IMG/VR virus record: IMGVR_UViG_3300007735_000528
Coordinates: 1 to 25,377 of that record
DNA from: a virus
Lineage: Duplodnaviria > Caudoviricetes
Strand: one strand, 5' to 3'
DNA: 25,377 nucleotides
The notes under the pieces are model-generated. The model was not told the origin of the DNA, ran no database searches, and saw only the letters and a list, made by a program, of their open reading frames with translations. Of the stretch, positions 1 through 5,765 are shown one piece after another. A program made the position numbers and the translations under genes. Within the stretch, counting starts at the first letter, position 1; each line of letters begins with the position of its first letter.

Positions 1-1310
1 ATGTATATTTCTCCCTTAAGGAGTTGTAAGAACATACTGAGAATTCGAGATATTTTATTAGTGGAGCCTGAGTAGATTTCTACAGGTTCGATTCCGTGCA
101 CTCCCATTTGTGCTGTGATGAAATTAAACCAATAGAGTAGAGAGTACTGGAATGCATTGGACTCGATTGCAACTAGTGTTACGCCGTGAGTGAAGCAGAG
201 TTTAAGCGTTTCCCGTATTGTATCACCTGGGGATAGCCTACCTTCTACGACTTCTATAAGACAAGGGTATGCATTATGTACTTCGAAGTAACCTATGGAA
301 ACTGCGTCTGATTTCTGCTTATCATTTGCAGGGTCAATTATAATAAATTTAGCTGCAGGGATATCATTATCTTCGAATGGGTACTCTGGTATTTTAGTTA
401 TGTCGATTGCAGTGTTTGCAGATGCGTTTTCGTCATTTAGAACTTCAGAGTAAAAGATTTCTGGGTGACCTGCTGCAAGATCGTTTTGGAATTCGCGGTG
501 GAGTTGTGTAATTGGTTGGAGTTCTTCCCAGAGAGATGTGCCATCTGAGAGAATTCCGCCTGCAATGAATTTAATCCAATTAGGATTTGTCTTAAGGTGG
601 CGCAGAATAGACCACTTTGTTGGGTACATATTTCCAATGAATACAAAAAGGCACCCCTCCGGCGACTTAGCTTTCATGGCAGTTCCGTACATTTCTCGTT
701 CTAGTGCATCTGAGACTTGTTGGGATTCCGCCATGGATCTAGATTGTATGTCATCAAATATCATTACGTCTGGGCGAGAATTCTTAAGATTAATACCTCG
801 AATTGTCTCAACTGTGCCGGCGAGAATTGTAATATTGCGACCTCGGAATCCAAACTTTTTTAGGTCTTGCCTATCTGTCTCAACTCCAACTCTCCAATCT
901 CCGAATACTTTACGAATATTGGATTCCGAGAGCATATCCATTACATCTGATACAATATTAACTGCTTTGGTGGAATTTTCTGCCATCACTGCAATGAATT
1001 TCCTATTTGTGAAAAGTATGCAGTACAGGAGAAATAGTTTAATTAGAGATGTTTTGGCAAATCCGCGAGGCAGCCCGAGAGCTAGTTGAGAGAAGTCTCT
1101 GGTTTTGTGCACATAAGTTAGAAGCCACAACCAGATTGATTGATATACTGGAGGGAATAGGTACTTAAATGTGTCTGGGGTGGCAAGTGCTGCCAGGAAA
1201 TCAAGAGAGTTACGTGCTGATTCCTGCACCTCATTAATCTGATATGCATTGTCATATGATCCACTCGCCACCTCAGTAGTTAGGGTGGAATCTGGTGCGG
1301 GAATGGTCAT
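1..1310 (-). CDS. terL: Terminase large subunit (3' end runs off window)
   Basis: Not in the ORF track. Manual translation from ATG 1310: MTIPAPDS...LGLPRGFAKT (Walker A)...IRGINLKNSRPDVMIFDD (Walker B)...FIIIDPANDKQKSD...VAIESNAFQ...NKISRI (RNase H-like nuclease). N- and C-terminal segments are in the same frame. Confidence 0.95.
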   Translation of the reverse strand, partial: MTIPAPDSTLTTEVASGSYDNAYQINEVQESARNSLDFLAALATPDTFKYLFPPVYQSIWLWLLTYVHKTRDFSQLALGLPRGFAKTSLIKLFLLYCILFTNRKFIAVMAENSTKAVNIVSDVMDMLSESNIRKVFGDWRVGVETDRQDLKKFGFRGRNITILAGTVETIRGINLKNSRPDVMIFDDIQSRSMAESQQVSDALEREMYGTAMKAKSPEGCLFVFIGNMYPTKWSILRHLKTNPNWIKFIAGGILSDGTSLWEELQPITQLHREFQNDLAAGHPEIFYSEVLNDENASANTAIDITKIPEYPFEDNDIPAAKFIIIDPANDKQKSDAVSIGYFEVHNAYPCLIEVVEGRLSPGDTIRETLKLCFTHGVTLVAIESNAFQYSLLYWFNFITAQMGVHGIEPVEIYSGSTNKISRILSMFLQLLKGEIY

Positions 1311-1444
1311 TTTTTATCTGAGACAGTTATAACAGACACAGAGGATGCAGTTAAGTGGGCTCGTAAAGAGTGGAGCATTTTAGCTGCCACTTGTTTGTTG
1401 AGTTCTAACTGTTTCTGCTGGTGTGCTAACTGTGTAGAGGTCAT
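1307..1444 (-). CDS. Small 45-aa hypothetical protein between terS and terL
   Basis: MTSTQLAHQQKQLELNKQVAAKMLHSLRAHLTASSVSVITVSDKK*. Its TGA overlaps the terL ATG (ATGA) and its start overlaps the terS 3' end. Confidence 0.45.
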   Translation of the reverse strand: MTSTQLAHQQKQLELNKQVAAKMLHSLRAHLTASSVSVITVSDKK

Positions 1445-1970
1445 TGTGGGGAGTTTCTTGGTGGGAGAGTTTGGCGGCATTTGAGGCCTCCAGTTGTTTT
1501 AACATTTGTCCAGATGGTAAGGTAACTAGGGTCTGTTGCCCGACTTGGACTACTTGATTATGGATATTGGTTTGGAATTTGTCAATGATGATTTTGGGAA
1601 TATTGAGATTTATGATGGTTTGTTTTTGTGTTAGGTCTTCTGGTGCGCTTGCTCCTCTGCGCTTTGCTGCATTTAATACTTGGAATGATTTTAATATTTC
1701 CATTGGGCGCGTCATGAAAGGTAGACAATCATGCAGCTTTTTAATTAATTTATCCTCTAGGTCATCTATATGGGAGTCGCGCTCATTGTATTTTGAGAGA
1801 GACTCGAACTTCTTTTCTACAACTTTGGCTGCGAAATCATCTTGTGAAAGTAGTTGGGAGATGCGAGATATGTCAACTCCGAGTGCATTGGCAACTGCCT
1901 GTGGAGGTACACCTTGTCCTAATAGGGTGAGAGCGCGTTCTTCTGTGGTGGATGTTGTGGAGGTGGCCAT
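1380..1970 (-). CDS. terS: Putative terminase small subunit (N-terminal HTH)
   Basis: N-terminal HTH-like ALTLLGQGVPPQAVANALGVDISRISQLL, helical middle, directly upstream of terL, AGGAAA RBS. Confidence 0.7.
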   Translation of the reverse strand: MATSTTSTTEERALTLLGQGVPPQAVANALGVDISRISQLLSQDDFAAKVVEKKFESLSKYNERDSHIDDLEDKLIKKLHDCLPFMTRPMEILKSFQVLNAAKRRGASAPEDLTQKQTIINLNIPKIIIDKFQTNIHNQVVQVGQQTLVTLPSGQMLKQLEASNAAKLSHQETPHNDLYTVSTPAETVRTQQTSGS

Positions 1971-2180
1971 GGAATTTCCTAACTATTTAAGGTAATATTA
2001 CAGTGGATGTGTTAGTTAAGTGAGCAGGGATTGTTGATTTGGGTTAGTTGAGTTGTGAAGTGCGTTTTGAAAAATTTTAGTAAAATGTGGGGTGTGGTTT
2101 AGGATAACAGCCACGTGCGAAACGTAAAAGGCCTTACCCCCACGGCTTCGCATAGTAGGATAGGTTTTCATAATATGGAT

Positions 2181-2198
2181 GCGAATGATTCTCATTAC
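2181..2198. promoter_or_regulatory. Fur box-like site
   Basis: GCGAATGATTCTCATTAC; reverse complement GTAATGAGAATCATTCGC matches the proteobacterial AATGAnAATCATT core. Confidence 0.6.
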
Positions 2199-2200
2199 AT

Positions 2201-2402
2201 GTGGGCACTAACTGATTAAAGTAAATCAATTGAGTTAAGTTATTAGGCCAGTGTGGTGCATTTAAGTATTTCATAATGTGAAATGGATTAAGTAAATGGG
2301 ATTGATTTAATTACAAACCCGATGAATCACATAAAGTTAGTCAGCACTCACACACAAAGGAAAATAACTGAACTAAATAGGCTAAGTTAGTAAGCACTAA
2401 CT
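2201..2402. promoter_or_regulatory. Three SlmA-binding-sequence-like sites
   Basis: GTGGGCACTAAC 2201-2212, GTCAGCACTCAC 2340-2351, GTAAGCACTAAC 2390-2401, compared with E. coli SBS consensus GTGAGTACTCAC. Confidence 0.55.
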
Positions 2403-2527
2403 AACATGTATGATAGAATGCACCAAAATATCACAATATGAGATGTAAGATTTACCGACAATTAGAGGCGGAATATTTCACAATGCGGGAGAATTATGTT
2501 GTTTTTATGGGATTCTTTACACTAGGT

Positions 2528-2547
2528 TACTGGATGGATATACAGTG
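2528..2547. promoter_or_regulatory. LexA (SOS) box
   Basis: TACTGGATGGATATACAGTG = CTG-N10-CAG, close to TACTGTATATATATACAGTA. Confidence 0.65.
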
Positions 2548-2553
2548 CGCGCG

Positions 2554-2566
2554 TAAGTGATTGATT
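2554..2566 (-). promoter_or_regulatory. IHF binding site
   Basis: Reverse complement AATCAATCACTTA is an exact match to WATCAANNNNTTR. Confidence 0.65.
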
Positions 2567-2595
2567 TTAAAGGAGATTTTGGAGAATTGGCGGGT

Positions 2596-2611
2596 TGGCA
2601 TGAGAGTTGCT
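2596..2611 (+). promoter_or_regulatory. Sigma-54 (-24/-12) promoter
   Basis: TGGCATGAGAGTTGCT, GG-N10-GC, 50 bp upstream of the first rightward ORF, with the IHF site just upstream. Confidence 0.65.
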
Positions 2612-2660
2612 TATATAATAGTGTCAGTAACTACGTTTTAAACGAAAAGGAAATCTAAAA

Positions 2661-2804
2661 ATGCTTAACTTAGATCAAATCAAAATTGCAGTTAAAATTG
2701 CCACTAACAATGCAGCCATGCGAGGTGCTGATTATTGGGTCGTTGGTTTCGCTAGTTTTGGGTTAGTTGTTTATGATGCACAAGGCAAAATAACTATTAG
2801 ATAA
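2661..2804 (+). CDS. Small early hypothetical protein (47 aa)
   Basis: MLNLDQIKIAVKIATNNAAMRGADYWVVGFASFGLVVYDAQGKITIR*; AAGGAAA RBS. Confidence 0.7.
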   Translation: MLNLDQIKIAVKIATNNAAMRGADYWVVGFASFGLVVYDAQGKITIR

Positions 2805-2818
2805 TTAAATAATACTCA

Positions 2819-2855
2819 CTGATAATATATTAGGAAATGCTTAGTATATTATCAG
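2819..2855 (+). other. Long intergenic hairpin (RNase III-like processing site candidate)
   Basis: CTGATAATATATTAG / TTAGTATATTATCAG; no U-tail. Confidence 0.55.
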
Positions 2856-2898
2856 GGAATATTCCCTAAACCATCATTTTATGAATCGAGAATATATT

Positions 2899-3540
2899 AT
2901 GTCAGTAGTATCTAATATCCATACAGCACAAGTCTATGATGCAAAAAAGTCTAAACCATTCGAAGGTCAACGTTTGGTTGTTACAATTGCGAAGAAAGAC
3001 AAAGACGGGAACTATGGTCAATTTTTGCAACAAACAATGGCGACCTCAGTGCCGATTTTGAGTGCGGAAGATATCGATTTTTCCTCCTCCACAATTCAGA
3101 ATTTGTGTGTGGACTATTTTAAAAATGTTCAGAATGCCATTATTTCTGAGCGCCTAAAGGAAGGTAAAAAAGATGTGCGATCAGAAGATATAGCGCAGTC
3201 TGCAATTGTGGTGCATCTTATGAGCGAGTCTGTAGGAGATAAGTGGGATTCTGCGCGGATTGCATCTTGGTTCACAGAGTATCTCGCAATCCCATACACT
3301 GAGAAATTAATGGAAAATGGTGTAAGTGATACGGATATTGAAAAGCGAGTCAATGCAACATGTAAGGCGTTTTCGGATTCTCTAGGAAGTAAGGCGAAAA
3401 TTCCTACTAAAGTAGCTGATGCATTGACTAAATTGTTGAGGCTTGCTGAGAGTGAGATGGGAGGAGATGCGATTTATAAGCGATTCTATAATCGCCTGAA
3501 CCCTCCCGAAGTATCGGAGCTATTGGATTTAGGATTCTAA
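2899..3540 (+). CDS. Hypothetical protein, probable distant paralog of 8740..9426
   Basis: ORF track 2881..3540; second ATG (MSVVS) preferred; ends SELLDLGF. Confidence 0.85.
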   Translation: MSVVSNIHTAQVYDAKKSKPFEGQRLVVTIAKKDKDGNYGQFLQQTMATSVPILSAEDIDFSSSTIQNLCVDYFKNVQNAIISERLKEGKKDVRSEDIAQSAIVVHLMSESVGDKWDSARIASWFTEYLAIPYTEKLMENGVSDTDIEKRVNATCKAFSDSLGSKAKIPTKVADALTKLLRLAESEMGGDAIYKRFYNRLNPPEVSELLDLGF

Positions 3541-3548
3541 GATTCTAG

Positions 3549-3598
3549 AATCATACTAGCTAACCTTGGATATGCTCTAGGGTTAGCGGTGGATGATT
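3549..3598 (+). other. Long intergenic hairpin with internal loop
   Basis: GCTAACCTTGGA/TCTAGGGTTAGC stem extended by AATCAT/ATGATT. Confidence 0.55.
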
Positions 3599-3626
3599 TT
3601 GTCCGCACATTTTTGGAGGTTATATC

Positions 3627-4031
3627 ATGTCACGCAATGTTACTCTTGACCCATTATTATCCGATAACTTGTCTCATAGAATATGCAATGTTCTAATCAA
3701 TGAAGCGGATTATCTCGGCTTGCCTGATTATGTTACATTGAATGATGTTATTAGAATATCAGAGCCTAAATCATATCTATTCGCAAAATGCCCTAACATA
3801 GGCGAAAAAAGCAGAAGAGAATTGAGAGAGCTTATAGAATCATTTTCATATTGGAATAATATAACTGACCCTATTTTGGAACTAAAGAGAGATATTAAAC
3901 AAGCTCTTATGAATGGTGATTCTGTGAGGGTAGGTGAGATAATGGTAGATGTTTTCACTAAGTCAACATCTTCTGAATGGTTTAAGTTTGCAACATATGT
4001 TGCAAACATAGATCAAGTTAAGATTGATTAA
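3627..4031 (+). CDS. RNA polymerase alpha-CTD-like domain protein
   Basis: LSHRICNVL...TLNDVIRISE...KCPNIGEKSRRELRELI aligns by eye with the alpha-CTD pattern LSVRSxNCL...TIGDLV...KxPNLGxKSLxEIK; GGAGG RBS. Confidence 0.75.
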   Translation: MSRNVTLDPLLSDNLSHRICNVLINEADYLGLPDYVTLNDVIRISEPKSYLFAKCPNIGEKSRRELRELIESFSYWNNITDPILELKRDIKQALMNGDSVRVGEIMVDVFTKSTSSEWFKFATYVANIDQVKID

Positions 4032-4055
4032 TTTTATTTCAGGTGTGGGGTGCTC

Positions 4056-4410
4056 TGGCACGTGTGACACAATGCCAAAATGCCAGTCTGCCAGTCTGCC
4101 AGATCGACCCTCCCATGCCCTCATCCCTTCACCCTCACACACACTAATATAGAATGCATGTTATCAGTGATCTAATGTAATGTATGCAGGTATAGGATAG
4201 TTAATATAAGGTAGTATTATATTTTATATAAATAATTTTGATACCCCCTAAATATACCGTTAGATGCTCTATATTACATACCTACAATCTCTCACAATCC
4301 TTCGGATTGCATATAGTTATATTAGGTGGATTGTATGGTGCCTTCAGGGGGGGGGGTTGACAAGGGTTTGGCATTGTGGCATTGTGGCATTGGGGTTGGC
4401 GTGCCAAACC
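4056..4410. other. Putative replication origin: inverted TGCCA repeat arrays flanking an AT-rich core
   Basis: (nnnTGCCA)x4 at 4070-4101 and (TGGCATTG)x3 at 4369-4392, both 8-bp period, opposite orientation; AT-rich non-coding centre; GC skew changes sign here. Confidence 0.55.
4357..4385 (+). promoter_or_regulatory. Sigma-70 promoter
   Basis: TTGACA-17 bp-CATTGT with extended TGn; preceded by G10. Confidence 0.6.
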
Positions 4411-4418
4411 TCACGCCA

Positions 4419-4469
4419 TACTATTTTATATTCTTAATTCGTAAATGAGTTAAGAAACCTAGAATAGTA
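4419..4469 (+). other. Long leader hairpin with internal loop
   Basis: TACTATTTTA-TA-TTCTTAATTC-GTAAAT-GAGTTAAGAA-ACC-TAGAATAGTA. Confidence 0.55.
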
Positions 4470-4502
4470 AATACATACACATATATTATAGGAAACCAAA
4501 TC

Positions 4503-4622
4503 ATGTCACAATCTCAAATGAATGATCTATATCATTGTCACGTCGCAAAAATGCGAAAGCAAAATCTAACTCATCTATCTCATTCGAGATTTATAGAGAT
4601 ATTACATGGATTGGGATTCTAA
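4503..4622 (+). CDS. Small hypothetical protein (39 aa)
   Basis: MSQSQMNDLYHCHVAKMRKQNLTHLSHSRFIEILHGLGF*; AGGAAA RBS; abuts next ORF. Confidence 0.6.
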   Translation: MSQSQMNDLYHCHVAKMRKQNLTHLSHSRFIEILHGLGF

Positions 4623-4623
4623 A

Positions 4624-4845
4624 ATGTCATATAATTCTAATCGTAATCGTTTCATAGCATATAGAACTAATAAAGATATGCTACAAACTAGGCCATGTGG
4701 TATGAATGATATCCTATACATGGATTCTAAATTGCCTAGTTACACTCAATTACAACTTATGAAAAATCGTGCGAAGTTGGCAGATTATGATTATGTTGCA
4801 TTATTCGATGGCGAACAATTGTATTCCTCTCATGGAACTAGATAG
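4624..4845 (+). CDS. Hypothetical protein
   Basis: ORF track 4606..4845; start MSYNS follows the previous stop. Confidence 0.7.
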   Translation: MSYNSNRNRFIAYRTNKDMLQTRPCGMNDILYMDSKLPSYTQLQLMKNRAKLADYDYVALFDGEQLYSSHGTR

Positions 4846-4854
4846 GATTCTAAA

Positions 4855-5028
4855 ATGTCACGACTCACAGCTATTCTAATCTATATAATACTCACATCTT
4901 TATCAGGATGTGCCACACAATCCACACAACCAATGTATCATTCTAAATACGATCAATTCATAATTGATAATAACCTAACCTACGAAGAATTCATAACCCA
5001 TATTGCAAATACAAACACAGGAGAATAA
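4855..5028 (+). CDS. Small lipoprotein (57 aa), possible superinfection exclusion
   Basis: MSRLTAILIYIILTSLSGC-ATQ...: basic N-terminus, hydrophobic core, LSGC lipobox. Not in ORF track. Confidence 0.7.
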   Translation: MSRLTAILIYIILTSLSGCATQSTQPMYHSKYDQFIIDNNLTYEEFITHIANTNTGE

Positions 5029-5029
5029 A

Positions 5030-5203
5030 ATGGCCTCAAAACACCATACCTGTAAATCTCTCCCAAATCATCCAAATTACTATTGGGAGCAAGCTCTCAT
5101 ATCATTTGATGAATGGGAGGATACAAAATTCCACAATTCTAACAAGTGCGCAGAATTATATATGTGGCTTTTTCTTTACACAATCGCAACAACCGGAGAG
5201 TAA
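5030..5203 (+). CDS. Hypothetical protein
   Basis: AGGAG RBS before MASKHH. Confidence 0.7.
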   Translation: MASKHHTCKSLPNHPNYYWEQALISFDEWEDTKFHNSNKCAELYMWLFLYTIATTGE

Positions 5204-5209
5204 TTTATC

Positions 5210-5461
5210 ATGGCACATCCAACAGACTATGCATCAATGCGAGATATATCACGGCTTCGCCTATCTAATCGCCCCAAAATACAATCCTATCAGGGTACCC
5301 ACGCCGAAGTTTTAATATATAATTTCCTTCGGGAGAATCCTAATTGGAGCCTTGATTCTCTATACACATATTGTATGAATCAATACTCTGAATTCGGAGT
5401 TACAAAATCAACCATTGCAAATCAAGTTAAATTATACATAAATGAGAAAGCAGAGAACTAA
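5210..5461 (+). CDS. Hypothetical protein, possible HTH
   Basis: GGAG RBS; C-terminal LIYNFLRENP...GVTKSTIANQV resembles an HTH. Confidence 0.7.
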   Translation: MAHPTDYASMRDISRLRLSNRPKIQSYQGTHAEVLIYNFLRENPNWSLDSLYTYCMNQYSEFGVTKSTIANQVKLYINEKAEN

Positions 5462-5462
5462 A

Positions 5463-5753
5463 ATGACAATCTCTCACTCACTCACTAAATTCCGCCCAGT
5501 GCTCACATTAGCACAAATTAAACATATCATACAACTGACTGGAATCACAGAATCACCTGATGATATTTCAGTTAGAAAAGTATTAATTCCATTGGTAGCA
5601 AAAGTGGAAGTAGGTGCAATATCACCCGCATATAAACTATCCGAGACTCATCTGATTAAACAATCTGAAGTCGCAGAGCGTCAGAGATATGAGAATAATC
5701 TTATGACACAAGAAGAAGAAGCAGCATACGAATCTAAAATAATGGGCCTATAG
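5463..5753 (+). CDS. Hypothetical protein
   Basis: ORF track 5442..5753; start MTISH directly after the previous stop. Confidence 0.75.
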   Translation: MTISHSLTKFRPVLTLAQIKHIIQLTGITESPDDISVRKVLIPLVAKVEVGAISPAYKLSETHLIKQSEVAERQRYENNLMTQEEEAAYESKIMGL

Positions 5754-5765
5754 AAAGGAAATTGT

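Larger units (their letters stand above)
2166..2490. repeat. Four copies of a 15-bp palindromic motif (TTTCAYAATRTGAAA-like)
   Basis: 2166-2180 TTTCATAATATGGAT; 2269-2283 TTTCATAATGTGAAA; 2429-2443 TATCACAATATGAGA; 2476-2490 TTTCACAATGCGGGA. Confidence 0.7.

Noticed and set aside
85-95. GGTTCGATTCC, tRNA T-loop-like
   Set aside because: Inside terL coding sequence; no acceptor, D or anticodon arms found.
538-1089. 183-aa plus-strand ORF
   Set aside because: Antisense shadow of terL.
1567-1995. 142-aa plus-strand ORF
   Set aside because: Antisense shadow of terS.
2060-2150. Possible physical genome end or pac region (GAAAAATTTT, CCCCC patch) upstream of terS
   Set aside because: Plausible by position but cannot be supported without read-end data.
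2212-2331. FNR/CRP-like half sites (CTGATTAAAGTAAA, TTGATTTAATTACA, TCACA)
   Set aside because: Only half sites or three or more mismatches in AT-rich DNA.
4070-4392. Short repeats considered as a CRISPR array
   Set aside because: 8-bp tandem units without spacers; the Cas4-like nuclease is a stand-alone phage exonuclease.
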